DNA of 34,911 bases from Deltaproteobacteria bacterium (GCA_007128675.1 SKWY01000299.1:1-34911), one strand, 5' to 3'; shown: positions 15,800-24,869, counted from the first letter of the stretch. Made by a program: numbers and translations. The notes: a model not told the origin generated them from the sequence alone.

Positions 15800-16492
15800 A
15801 TGGGGCGCTACAAGAGGTTCGTTCGTGAGGTCTCGATCTTTTCGGATCTCGATGAGGGTTCGCTGGACAGACTCGAGAGCCTCTTGACCTTGAGGTCTTA
15901 TTCGAAGGATGCCCTGATAGTGAGTCACGACGAGTCGGGAGACGCGCTGTTCATCGTGGTTTCCGGCCGGGCCAAGGCGGTTTTGCGTGGCAATAGTGGG
16001 CGCGAGGTCATCTTGTACTTGTTCAGGCAAGGCGACTTCTTCGGTGAGATGTCGCTCCTAGATAATCAACCTCGATCGGCGAGCGTCGAGGCTTGCGAGG
16101 ATACCTCCCTCCTGGTTCTTCGACGGGAGGCTTTCTTGCATCATATCGAGCGCTACCCCCAGACCGCCCTTTCCGTTCTGCGTGAGATGAGCCGCAGGCT
16201 TCGCTACGCCGACGAGATCATCGGCTCCCTAGCCTTGCTCGATGTGTACGCCCGAGTTGCTAGAATGCTTCGAGATATGGGAGAGAGGGACGGCGAAGAG
16301 ACGGAGGAGGGCGTCTTGATTCCCGATCGGCCCACGCAGCAGGATATGGCGGGCATGATAGGGGCTAGCCGTGAGACGGTTTCCAGGGCGCTTAGTGATC
16401 TGGCGAGAAGAGGCTACATCGAGCTCTCCGGAAAGAACGTGCTTTTACGTCACGCCTTCCTGATGGGGGGCGACATCGCGCGCTTGAGGTGA
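15800..16492 (+). CDS. Crp/Fnr-family transcriptional regulator
   Basis: 230 aa. cNMP-binding fold (FFGEMSLLD..PRSASVEA) plus C-terminal HTH (QQDMAGMIGASRETVSRALSDLARRGYI). RBS AGGGAGGG. Confidence 0.9.
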   Translation: MGRYKRFVREVSIFSDLDEGSLDRLESLLTLRSYSKDALIVSHDESGDALFIVVSGRAKAVLRGNSGREVILYLFRQGDFFGEMSLLDNQPRSASVEACEDTSLLVLRREAFLHHIERYPQTALSVLREMSRRLRYADEIIGSLALLDVYARVARMLRDMGERDGEETEEGVLIPDRPTQQDMAGMIGASRETVSRALSDLARRGYIELSGKNVLLRHAFLMGGDIARLR

Positions 16493-16696
16493 GAAGGGAC
16501 GAGCCGTCTCGTTGACCCCAAGGCGAGGCCGCCTTGCTGGCCACGGTTCTCTGAGGAGCCCGCTGGGCGGGTATGCGCTCCTTGGCGCAGGGCTCGAGGA
16601 GGCGGGCACGCCGGCGCTCCTTGCCGTGTGCCTTTGCCTTTGTCTTGGTTCGTTACGGGGCGCTCGTCTCTTGGGCCGGGGCCAGTGACGCGACGG

Positions 16697-17980
16697 TCAG
16701 AGCCAGCTTCGGAATAGGTAGCACAGCCAGCTTCGCAGCCTTGCAAGGCGAGATCTTGCTTTCCACTTTTCGAGGCGCAGGGGACGGCAAGACTCCGCTG
16801 CTTGTGCCAATGTGCGTTCCACGGCACTGGCGGTCTCTCTGGCGAGGACCATCGCGTTCACCTCGAGGTTGTACCTCAAGGAACGATGATCGAGGTTGTA
16901 TGTGCCGATGGTCAGCCATTTGCCGTCGACCACGGCGACCTTGGCATGGAGCACCGAAGCGTTCCACTCGTACAGTCTGACACCGGCGGCCAGGAGTCGC
17001 TCGTAAAGGTGTTGGCCCGCCCACATGATTACGTTGATGTCCGACTGTCCTGGAACGATGACTCGAACGTCGACGCCCCGTCTCCCGGCTCGCATGAGAG
17101 CACGGACGAAACGCCGATCCGGTGCGAAATAGCCGTTCATTATCCATATTCGTTCTCTTGCGTGGACAAGGGAGTCCATGTATGCCGCTCGTACCATTGC
17201 CCGGCGATGATGACGTCCGTTTTCGACGATTCTGACCGGAACGCCCTCGGGATTGGCCGGAGCTATTTCGGGAGAGGAGAGCTCGTCTCCTCCCTGGCGG
17301 ACCCATTCCTCGATGAACAGACGGTTCAAGCCGAGGGCGGCGGGGCCCTCGATGCGTAGATGGACGTCGAACCAGCCTTCCCCCCCTTGCTTCTTGGGCA
17401 TGGCGTGATCGGAGATGTTCATTCCACCAACGAATGCGACCTGGCCGTCTACAGCCAGTATCTTGCGGTGGTTTCGTCTATTCAGCGAGTAGGGGCCTCT
17501 CATTGGCCAGAGCCAGGGCCATATCGGGTGGTACTCCAAGACGAGCACCCCCGCATCTCTCAAGAAGGCAAGATAGTCGCTTGCGACCGGCATCCCTCCA
17601 ACCGAGTCATACATGAGCGCGCACTCGACCCCGGCCTCGGCTCGTTCCGCCAGTGCTCGCGCGAAGGTCCATCCCATGGCGTCGCTACGCAAGAGGTATG
17701 TCTCCATGTGAACGGCGCGATCGGCGTTTCGAATTGCTTGCAGCATGGCCGAGTAGCAGGAGGCACCTTCGTAGTAGACCTCCACGAGGTTGCCCGGGAC
17801 GTAGGTGCTGGGATAGGGCCATCTCAAGGCATGACGGCGCCGCAGCGTCCGGCTTCTTCGAATGGCTGCTCTTCGCTGCCGGACCGTCCACCTTCTCTTG
17901 CCCTGCTTTTCTTTGTCGATTCTTCGCACTTCGATCAACCTATAGACTGATTTCGCCTCGTGCGCTCGAAGCCGATTCAA
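16697..17980 (-). CDS. Phospholipase D-family cardiolipin synthase (ClsB-like, no obvious N-terminal TM segments)
   Basis: Two HKD motifs are present: HRKILAVDGQVAFVGGMNISD and LHAKVAVVDGKWLTIGTYNLDHRS. The start is uncertain. 17980 is a TTG, and in-frame TTG/GTG alternatives lie a few codons downstream. Confidence 0.85.
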   Translation of the reverse strand: MNRLRAHEAKSVYRLIEVRRIDKEKQGKRRWTVRQRRAAIRRSRTLRRRHALRWPYPSTYVPGNLVEVYYEGASCYSAMLQAIRNADRAVHMETYLLRSDAMGWTFARALAERAEAGVECALMYDSVGGMPVASDYLAFLRDAGVLVLEYHPIWPWLWPMRGPYSLNRRNHRKILAVDGQVAFVGGMNISDHAMPKKQGGEGWFDVHLRIEGPAALGLNRLFIEEWVRQGGDELSSPEIAPANPEGVPVRIVENGRHHRRAMVRAAYMDSLVHARERIWIMNGYFAPDRRFVRALMRAGRRGVDVRVIVPGQSDINVIMWAGQHLYERLLAAGVRLYEWNASVLHAKVAVVDGKWLTIGTYNLDHRSLRYNLEVNAMVLARETASAVERTLAQAAESCRPLRLEKWKARSRLARLRSWLCYLFRSWL

Positions 17981-18014
17981 GCTACATTCACTCGTTCACC
18001 GATGGAGGATTGAA

Positions 18015-18899
18015 GTGGCCAGGTCGTCGAAAGCTCCCATCAAGGCAGTCATCACCGATATGGACGGGACACTCTACTCCTGGGTGGACTACATCGTGCC
18101 CGCCCTCGAGGCCATGGTCAGGTCGCTCGAGACGACCACGGGTATGCCCAGGATCCGCATTGTTCAGTCCCTGAAGGAAGTCTACGAGAAGCATGGGACC
18201 AACGAGTATGCTTTTGCCATTCAGGAGTCCCAGATATTTCAGGAGTTCGGCTATGACTTCGACTCCTTCAATACGTTGGTGATCTGGCCGGCGCGCAGGG
18301 CTTTTTCCGAGGCCCGGCGTCAATATCTACGTACCTATAGGGGCGTGCTCGAAGGTTTGGAGGGGCTTCTAAGCAGGGGCGTGAGAATCGTGGCCCTGAC
18401 GGATGCGCCTCGAGGCCCGGCCGAACGGAGGCTGAAGCAACTGGAGATCGATAGGTTCTTCGACGCGCTCTACGCCCTCGAGGGATTCCCAGTCCCCGAT
18501 CTCGTCGACGAAGGGGTCAAGGAGAGAGAGAAGGCCGGCTACTATCGAAGCGCCGTGCCAACCGTCGTCGAGCTTCCCGCAAGCTTCGAGAAGCCTTCTG
18601 CCGAAGGTATTCGCCAGGTGCTGCGAGACCTCGAGCTTCGGCCGGAAGAGGTAATCATGGTCGGAGACAACTTGAAGAAGGACATGGCGGCCGCTACTAG
18701 TGCCGGGGTGCTGGGGGTATGGGCGGAGTATGGAACATACGTGCCTCCCGAGTACCGTGTTCGGCTCAACGTGATAAGTGCGAGGGCGGTCACGAAGAAG
18801 AACGTATCCGACGAAACCGAAGAGCGAATCGAGGAGCCCGAGCATGCGATTAGCAACTTCGGACGGGTTCTCGATATCATCGATAGGAGGGCTGGTTGA
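18015..18899 (+). CDS. HAD-superfamily hydrolase
   Basis: 294 aa. Motif I (VITDMDGTLY) and motif IV (VGDNLKKDM) are present. GTG start is preceded by GGAGGA. Confidence 0.8.
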   Translation: MARSSKAPIKAVITDMDGTLYSWVDYIVPALEAMVRSLETTTGMPRIRIVQSLKEVYEKHGTNEYAFAIQESQIFQEFGYDFDSFNTLVIWPARRAFSEARRQYLRTYRGVLEGLEGLLSRGVRIVALTDAPRGPAERRLKQLEIDRFFDALYALEGFPVPDLVDEGVKEREKAGYYRSAVPTVVELPASFEKPSAEGIRQVLRDLELRPEEVIMVGDNLKKDMAAATSAGVLGVWAEYGTYVPPEYRVRLNVISARAVTKKNVSDETEERIEEPEHAISNFGRVLDIIDRRAG

Positions 18900-19642
18900 T
18901 GGGATTGCTCGATGTCTTCGACAAGGAGAAGCGCCGTAAGAACGCCATTGCTCGTAACATCCGAAAGCTGCAGCAGAAGTACGGTCAGTCGGATATTCGT
19001 AGTAGAGCCGTGGTAGCCCTTCGTGATGATGGCAGCGAGGAGGCCATCTATGGTCTGCTGCAGCGGTACAAGGTCTCCGTCGATCCCAGCATCACCGATC
19101 AAGAGGAGAAGCAGTGGGTCCGTGAGGTCGTGGCCGACTTCGGCACCCAGGCCATAGGCCCGATAAGCAAGTTCGTCCATCGTGAGGCCGAGGTCATGTG
19201 GCCTCTTCGGATCCTTGCCGACATCCGGGGAACCGGGGAGGCGGTGGAGCTTGCCTGCGAGACGCTTCGCAAGGCAGCTTCCGAGTACCAGCGCGATCAC
19301 ACCAAGAAGGTAACGCTCTTGAAGCATCTGGTAGCGCTGGAGGCGAGCAGGCCGGAGGTGGTGGAGACAGTCGAGCTTCTTCTCGAGGACATGGACGGGG
19401 ACACCGTCATCGCCGCGGTAGAGGCACTGGCCAGACTGGATGAGAAAGGCGAGAGCCGAAATAAGGTGCTCGAGGTGCTCAAGGAACGAGGAAGAGAGAA
19501 CATACGCCTGAAGCTGGAAATCTTTCGTGTCCTCGTCGAGACGGGCTGGTCGGTGAAGGGGTTTCGGCCGACCGTCGAGGAGCTTCTCGAGGAGCCCTTC
19601 TATCTTACCGGTGATGGCATCATGAAGCAGCGCGAGGGTTAG
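18899..19642 (+). CDS. Hypothetical alpha-helical (HEAT-repeat-like) protein
   Basis: The ATG at 18899 overlaps the HAD stop by 1 nt, with RBS AGGAGGG 8 nt upstream. The sequence is acidic and helical, with HEAT-like segments (EEAIYGLLQR, VIAAVEALARLDE). No catalytic motif recognised. Confidence 0.5.
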   Translation: MGLLDVFDKEKRRKNAIARNIRKLQQKYGQSDIRSRAVVALRDDGSEEAIYGLLQRYKVSVDPSITDQEEKQWVREVVADFGTQAIGPISKFVHREAEVMWPLRILADIRGTGEAVELACETLRKAASEYQRDHTKKVTLLKHLVALEASRPEVVETVELLLEDMDGDTVIAAVEALARLDEKGESRNKVLEVLKERGRENIRLKLEIFRVLVETGWSVKGFRPTVEELLEEPFYLTGDGIMKQREG

Positions 19643-19663
19643 CTTTCGTATCTAGCCTTGCGC

Positions 19664-20320
19664 TCAAACAGCTTCGATGACGATTGCGCGAATCAAGGTG
19701 AAGTGACATATGGCGGCTACAATGACCAAGGCGTGGAAGACCTCGTGGTGGCCGAAGATGCCCGGGAAGGGCTCTGGCCATTTCAGGGCGTAGAGTATCG
19801 CGCCAAGGGTATAGATTGCCCCGCCCGCGAATAGCAGTCCGACCCCCTGGGCTCCGAGGGCCGCAGGCAAGGCCCCGAGGCTTCCTACGGCCAACCAGCC
19901 CATCGCCACATAGAGTAGGGCTGTTACCAGCCTGGGCGCCCCAACCCAAAAGAGGGATTTGATCACCCCGAGGGTGGCACAGATCCAAACCATCGCCAAA
20001 AGAGGCTGGCCTATCTCGTGGGGCAAGGCAAGTAGGCATATGGGCGTGTAGGTGGCGGCTATGAAGATGAAGATGGTGGAGTGATCGAGGCGGCGAAGGC
20101 GGCTTCTGATCGAGTTCTTCCACATGGGCTTGTGGTAGAGCGCGCTCACGCCGAAAAGGGCCAGGAGGCTTGCCACATAGACCAGTACCGGCGGGCCGCT
20201 CCCCGGGGGCGCCACGATCAACAGGTGCAAGCCGCCCAGAAGAGCGAGAACGGTGGCTAGCAGGTGCGAGGTGCCTCTGAGGGCCGGCTTGGCCTGGAAA
20301 ACCTCTGTTGCTTCTTTCAT
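19664..20320 (-). CDS. Hemolysin III / PAQR-family membrane protein
   Basis: Multi-pass hydrophobic protein with Hly-III motifs (ALYHKPMW, DHSTIFIFIAATYTP, GHHEVFHALV). The ATG at 20320 is preferred over the TTG at 20326. Confidence 0.88.
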   Translation of the reverse strand: MKEATEVFQAKPALRGTSHLLATVLALLGGLHLLIVAPPGSGPPVLVYVASLLALFGVSALYHKPMWKNSIRSRLRRLDHSTIFIFIAATYTPICLLALPHEIGQPLLAMVWICATLGVIKSLFWVGAPRLVTALLYVAMGWLAVGSLGALPAALGAQGVGLLFAGGAIYTLGAILYALKWPEPFPGIFGHHEVFHALVIVAAICHFTLIRAIVIEAV

Positions 20321-20346
20321 GCCCAATAGAATGGGGCATTACCGGA

Positions 20347-20365
20347 GAACCTTCAGTGAAGGTTC
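20347..20365. promoter_or_regulatory. Perfect 19-bp palindrome GAACCTTCA-G-TGAAGGTTC upstream of the hemolysin-III gene
   Basis: Read directly from the sequence. It lies 27-45 nt upstream of the ATG at 20320. On the coding strand it immediately follows a TTGACG -35-like hexamer (plus strand 20365-20370). Confidence 0.4.
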
Positions 20366-20482
20366 GTCAACATAATCGTCATGGTTGTGTAACGGCGCAT
20401 TCGGCTTCGACCGTCGCGATTTTTAGCCCAGCGCGTGCTCTCGGCCTGGCTACGGGAGGGGCGTCTGCCCAAAGGCTTCAGC

Positions 20483-21589
20483 CTAGATGTCCAGTCCCGC
20501 TCTCGGACTGGCTTTGTACTTCGACTCGAGAGTGTCGATGGCTTCCTTCAACTCGTCGTCGGGGGCCTCGGCCGGGAGGCGAACCGCTAGCGTGAGGTAT
20601 AAGTCGCCTGTCCCTTCTCCACGCGGGACGCCTCGGCCCTTCAGACGCAGCTTACGACCGGACTGAGAGCCGGGCGGAACCTTGACCTTCACGGAACCCT
20701 GGAAGGTGGGCACCTCGACGGTGGCGCCGTAGAGGGCCTCGCCGACCGTGACTGGAAGCTCGAGGAAGAGGTCTTGCCCCTCCCGCCGAATCAGAGGATG
20801 TGGTTGGACCTGCACCTTTACTAGGAGGTCGCCTGGTGGCCCTCCACCGGCGCCGGGAAGCCCCTGTCCGGCTAGACGAATCCGTTGGCCATCAAGGACG
20901 CCTGCTGGAATCTTGACCTTGAGTCGAGATTGACCGGTACGTAGCCCGGATCCCCCGCAGCTCTCACAGGCCGCCGTGCCTTCGCCGCCCGTTCCTTTGC
21001 AGCTCCCGCACGTGCGAGGCTTGTCGATCGATATCTGGCGGCTCGCTCCAAGGACTGCCTCCCGCAGGCTGATGCGTATGCTCGCCCCCGTATCGCCTCC
21101 CCGTCTTCGAGCTGGCTTTGGCCTGAACCCCGAAAAGGGGCTAGCTCTGCCGCTTTCCTTTTTCCGTTGACCAAAGAGATCGCCAAGAATGTCTCCGAGG
21201 TCGAAGCCTCCCGTGGCCTGTCCCCCTCCAAAGTCGAACCCGCCCATACCGGAGGGGTCGAAACCCTCGAAGCCCGCGGCTCTTCCGCCGGGACGGGTCT
21301 GCCACTTCTTGTAGGCCCTTGCCTGCTCCGGGTCGAACCCCATGCGCAGGGCGTCCTCACCGAACTCGTCGTACATCTTCCGTTTCTTCTCGTCCGAGAG
21401 AACCTCGAAGGCGGAGGTGGCCTCCTTGAAGCGCTTCTCGGCCTCGGCGTCCCCCGGCTTCACGTCCGGGTGAGTCGACCGGGCGATCTTCCGGTAGGCC
21501 TTCTTGATCTCCTGAGGAGATGCATTCTTTTTGACGCCGAGCACGGCGTATAGGTCTTTGGGAGACATGGTTTTGCTCGTTGCTATCAC
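20483..21589 (-). CDS. DnaJ-family co-chaperone with a reduced zinc-finger region
   Basis: J domain (DLYAVLGV...HPD), G/F-rich linker, only two CxxCxGxG motifs (CGSCKGTG, CESCGGSG), and C-terminal substrate-binding beta domains. GTG at 21589 or ATG at 21568. Confidence 0.85.
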   Translation of the reverse strand: MIATSKTMSPKDLYAVLGVKKNASPQEIKKAYRKIARSTHPDVKPGDAEAEKRFKEATSAFEVLSDEKKRKMYDEFGEDALRMGFDPEQARAYKKWQTRPGGRAAGFEGFDPSGMGGFDFGGGQATGGFDLGDILGDLFGQRKKESGRASPFSGFRPKPARRRGGDTGASIRISLREAVLGASRQISIDKPRTCGSCKGTGGEGTAACESCGGSGLRTGQSRLKVKIPAGVLDGQRIRLAGQGLPGAGGGPPGDLLVKVQVQPHPLIRREGQDLFLELPVTVGEALYGATVEVPTFQGSVKVKVPPGSQSGRKLRLKGRGVPRGEGTGDLYLTLAVRLPAEAPDDELKEAIDTLESKYKASPRAGLDI

Positions 21590-21624
21590 ATCTTTCCATA
21601 CAAGATGCGCATGATTCTTTGGAA

Positions 21625-21670
21625 GGCGAGCCCCTACTCGATCATCGGAGCGACCTCTCTGGGGCTCGCC
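21625..21670. repeat. 10-bp GC-rich inverted repeat GGCGAGCCCC-N26-GGGGCTCGCC in the dnaJ / surA-like divergent intergenic region
   Basis: Arms at 21625-21634 and 21661-21670 are perfectly complementary. Confidence 0.5.
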
Positions 21671-21868
21671 TCATGGACGAGCCGACCAGCGGCCTCGGCC
21701 TTTGGAGGGTAAGGGGGCTTCATTTGGACAAGGCATCCGACGAGGGATCTTCGGGAGGAGGTCTGGTAGGGCAAAGACCCGAGGCTTTCTGCCCGCCGGC
21801 CGCTATTTGAGGGCGTGGCCCCTTTTGGAGGGTTGCTCCCACGAGTCGTAGTAGGATGGCGGGGCAAG

Positions 21869-22618
21869 ATGTGCTTTCGTCATTCAGCTCTGCTCCTTGT
21901 TTGTCTTACGGCTCTGGTTGTCACCCCCGTTTCGACTCGACAGACGACCGTCGCGGCGGCACGACTCGGGCCGGTCGTAGAGGAGATCGTCGTTTCCGTC
22001 GGGAGCCGGTTCTTGACTCGCTCGGACCTCGAGGTAGAGGCTCGTGTTGCCCTGGTCATGGGAGGCGGAGAAGCTGGTGCTCATTCCGCGATTGGTGAAG
22101 AGACAGTCGCCTCGGTCCTCGACTACCTGGTCAACCAGCTCTTGATCATCGAGGAGGTGGAGCGGCTTCAGGTGTTCGAGGTCGATGCCAAGGATATCGC
22201 CTCGGAGTATGAAAGATTCGTTTCCTCTTTTCCGAGCCAGGCAGAGCTCGAAGCCTTCTTGGATGCCCTTGGTGTCGGCCCGGAGCGTCTTGCGGCCATC
22301 TTCCGTCGTAACCTTAGGGTTCAGCGCTTCCTAGAGAGCCGAATGAGGCTGGCAGTGCGCGTGGAAGAAGATGAGGTAGTGGCCTTCTACATCGACAACT
22401 CGGAGCGCTTCCCCGGCAGATCCCTGGATGACATGCGAGACACCATACGGGCTCGGCTCTTCCGTGAGCGTTTCGATGAGGCGATAAGAGACCTCATCGA
22501 TGATCTGCGCGGCCGATCGGATGTGCGTGTGCTCGCGGAGCCTAGAGGCTTTCCCGCCTTACAGACAGATGGATTGGGCAAAGACCTAGAGGAGCATGAG
22601 GGCTCGAGGGGGCAATGA
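21869..22618 (+). CDS. SurA-N-terminal-domain-like periplasmic chaperone (no PPIase domain seen)
   Basis: A start at the ATG at 21869 gives a signal-peptide-like N-terminus (MCFRHSALLLVCLTALVVTPVS). The remainder is helical and resembles SurA/PpiD N-domain proteins (LDYLVNQLLIIEE, VRVEEDEVVAFY). This is similarity judged by eye only. Confidence 0.5.
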   Translation: MCFRHSALLLVCLTALVVTPVSTRQTTVAAARLGPVVEEIVVSVGSRFLTRSDLEVEARVALVMGGGEAGAHSAIGEETVASVLDYLVNQLLIIEEVERLQVFEVDAKDIASEYERFVSSFPSQAELEAFLDALGVGPERLAAIFRRNLRVQRFLESRMRLAVRVEEDEVVAFYIDNSERFPGRSLDDMRDTIRARLFRERFDEAIRDLIDDLRGRSDVRVLAEPRGFPALQTDGLGKDLEEHEGSRGQ

Positions 22619-23082
22619 GAAGGAAGGGGAGCCAGGGGTTTGCCGTACGCGCAATGCGCGGCAGTGATCTCGAGAAGGTGGCCGAGATAGAGGCTAGGTG
22701 TTTTCGGAGTCCCTGGTCCCTTCGCATGTTGGCGGCCGAGCTGGAGTACGACTGGTCGACAACTCTCGTTGCCGTGTCTTCGAGGAGCCCAAAAGATGTC
22801 GTGGGCTTTCTTGTCTACTGGACAATAGTCGATGAGGTGCACATTTTGGATCTTGCCGTGGATCCGGACCTAGCGCGTAGGGGGATTGGCTCGACCTTGG
22901 TCAAAGCAATGCTCGAGAATGCGAGGGCCGAAGGCTCGAGGCGCGTTTCCCTGGAGGTGCGCCGAAGCAATGAGGTAGCGAAGAAGCTCTATCGTGAGGA
23001 AGGATTTCGAGCCGTGGGGGTCAGGCGAAAGTACTATGTCGATGAAGGCGAGGACGCCATCATCATGGAGCTGGAGCTTTGA
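22615..23082 (+). CDS. rimI: Ribosomal-protein-alanine N-acetyltransferase (GNAT)
   Basis: 155 aa. Acetyl-CoA motif (ILDLAVDPDLARRGIGSTLV) and C-terminal YY.DGEDAIIM pattern typical of RimI. ATGA overlap with the upstream gene. Confidence 0.8.
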   Translation: MRRKGSQGFAVRAMRGSDLEKVAEIEARCFRSPWSLRMLAAELEYDWSTTLVAVSSRSPKDVVGFLVYWTIVDEVHILDLAVDPDLARRGIGSTLVKAMLENARAEGSRRVSLEVRRSNEVAKKLYREEGFRAVGVRRKYYVDEGEDAIIMELEL

Positions 23083-23933
23083 ACTCGGATTCCATGCGCG
23101 TCCAGGAGCTGGCAAGTGTCGTCGAAAAGGACTCCCTTGCAGGCGGTTTGCATCACCTCGTTCTTCGAAGTCCTCGTATCGCAAGCGCGGCTCGGGCCGG
23201 CACCTTCGTGATGCTAAGCGTCCGTCCTGGAAAGACTGTCCCCCTCGAGCCCCTACTCCCAAGACCGTTCTCGCTCATGTCGACTCTGGCGGACGCCGGC
23301 CTTGTGGAGATCTACTTTCGGGTCGTTGGTAGGGGGACCGCGCTCTTGAGCGCTCTCGAGGTTGGCGACGTCCTGAACATGATTGGACCGCTGGGCCGCC
23401 CATGGCCTCATCCGCCAGGGGATGCGATAATCGTGGCTGGAGGGGCCGGAATGCCTCCCGCCCTGTTTCTGGCGGAGGAGCTGGGCCGGGCTGCCGGGGA
23501 AGCCAAGCGCCCTTCGACCACAAGCGGTCATGCAGCTTCAGGCTCGAGGGAGGTCATCGTCTTTTATGGGGCTAGCACGAGGTCGCAGCTCTTCTTCCTC
23601 GACCGTTTTTCTGCTGCTGGAGCCAAGGTCCATGTCTCCACCGATGATGGCTCCGCCTTTCGAAGGGGTACGTGCCTCGAACTCCTCGAGACCTGGCTCG
23701 ATGATACGAGACCCTCGCAAGCGACGGTCTATGGCTGTGGACCTCCCGTGATGCTCTCTCGTCTCTTTTCTCTCGTCTCCAGGTTCGGCTTGCCCTCATA
23801 CGTTTCGCTGGAGTCCCCCATGGCCTGTGGAGTTGGCGTTTGTCGCGGGTGCGCCGTGAAGATGCGAGATGGCAGCTTTCGTATGGCATGCACGGATGGG
23901 CCGGTCTTCAAAGGGGAGGAGGTGGCTTTCTAG
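23079..23933 (+). CDS. pyrK: Dihydroorotate dehydrogenase B electron-transfer subunit
   Basis: FAD motif RPFSL and C-terminal 2Fe-2S motif (MACGVGVCRGCAV...C). The TTG at 23079 overlaps the rimI stop. An alternative ATG lies at 23094. Confidence 0.85.
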   Translation: MNSDSMRVQELASVVEKDSLAGGLHHLVLRSPRIASAARAGTFVMLSVRPGKTVPLEPLLPRPFSLMSTLADAGLVEIYFRVVGRGTALLSALEVGDVLNMIGPLGRPWPHPPGDAIIVAGGAGMPPALFLAEELGRAAGEAKRPSTTSGHAASGSREVIVFYGASTRSQLFFLDRFSAAGAKVHVSTDDGSAFRRGTCLELLETWLDDTRPSQATVYGCGPPVMLSRLFSLVSRFGLPSYVSLESPMACGVGVCRGCAVKMRDGSFRMACTDGPVFKGEEVAF

Positions 23934-24869
23934 ATGAGCCGTCCAGACCTGCGAGTGAAGCTTGGCGGCCTAGTCCTGAAGAACCCAGTGCTTACCGCCA
24001 GCGGTTGCTCCGGCTACGGTGCGGAGTTGGCAGGTCTTTGTGACCTCGGCAAGCTTGGAGGCTTATGCACCAAAGGCCTTTCGCGTGAACCGAGAGCTGG
24101 AAACCCGCCGCCCCGGATACGAGAGACCACGGCGGGCATGCTCAACTCCATTGGTCTCGAGAACATAGGCATGGAGGCATTCTTGTCCGAGAAGGTTCCC
24201 GCGCTTCGGGGCCTTGAAACGGCCGTGATTACGAATCTTTTCGGAACTACGGTGGATGAGTACGCGACGCTGTGCGAGATGGCCGAGGATTGCGAGCGTA
24301 TCGATGCTGTCGAGCTGAACGTGTCGTGCCCCAACGTGGAGGAGGGAGGGGTCGAGTTCGGGCTCGATCCCGTGATGGCCGCCAAGGTCACGGCGGCAGC
24401 CCGGCGCGCCACCAAGAAGACGTTGCTGGTCAAGCTGTCACCAAACGCGGGGGATGCCATCGTTTCCGTGGCCAGAGCCGTTGCCGATGCCGGAGCCGAT
24501 GCCGTAAGCGTCATGAACACCATCTCGGGAATGGATATCGATGTTGCTCGTAGACGCCCCTGGTTGGCGCGAACCACCGGCGGGCTTTCTGGCCCAGCGA
24601 TAAAGCCCATAGCCCTGCGAATGGTCCACCTCATCCACTCCGAGGTCGCCGTTCCCATAGTTGGTATCGGAGGCATTCGCTCCTGGGAGGATGCCGCTGC
24701 CTTCCTGCTCGCTGGTGCCAGCGCAGTTCAAGTGGGCAGCGCGTGCTTTTCGAACCCCAGGGCACCGGAGCAGGTGCTCGATGGACTCATCGATTGGCTC
24801 GCGGGCGAGAATGCTCGAAGCGCGGCACAAATGGTTGGTGCGCTACGGACGGGACCGGAGGCCTGGTGA
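23934..24869 (+). CDS. pyrD: Dihydroorotate dehydrogenase, class 1B catalytic subunit
   Basis: 311 aa. Motifs LKNPVLTASGC, ELNVSCPN, NTISG and IVGIGGI are present. Starts immediately after the pyrK stop. Confidence 0.95.
   Translation: MSRPDLRVKLGGLVLKNPVLTASGCSGYGAELAGLCDLGKLGGLCTKGLSREPRAGNPPPRIRETTAGMLNSIGLENIGMEAFLSEKVPALRGLETAVITNLFGTTVDEYATLCEMAEDCERIDAVELNVSCPNVEEGGVEFGLDPVMAAKVTAAARRATKKTLLVKLSPNAGDAIVSVARAVADAGADAVSVMNTISGMDIDVARRRPWLARTTGGLSGPAIKPIALRMVHLIHSEVAVPIVGIGGIRSWEDAAAFLLAGASAVQVGSACFSNPRAPEQVLDGLIDWLAGENARSAAQMVGALRTGPEAW

Noticed and set aside
16653-17306. 217-aa alternative-frame ORF inside the cardiolipin synthase gene
   Set aside because: It is on the same strand but in a different frame from a gene with two intact HKD motifs. 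Its composition is Arg/Gly/Pro-rich and non-protein-like.
18542-19327. 261-aa minus-strand ORF across the HAD/HEAT-like genes
   Set aside because: It is antisense to a HAD gene with clear catalytic motifs and to its translationally coupled downstream gene. It has no motif and no RBS context.
21590-21700. CIRCE operator or sigma32 promoter upstream of the dnaJ-like gene
   Set aside because: There is no TTAGCACTC-N9-GAGTGCTAA. The closest sigma32-like pair (CTTCCAA ... GCGCATCT) has a spacer that is too short.
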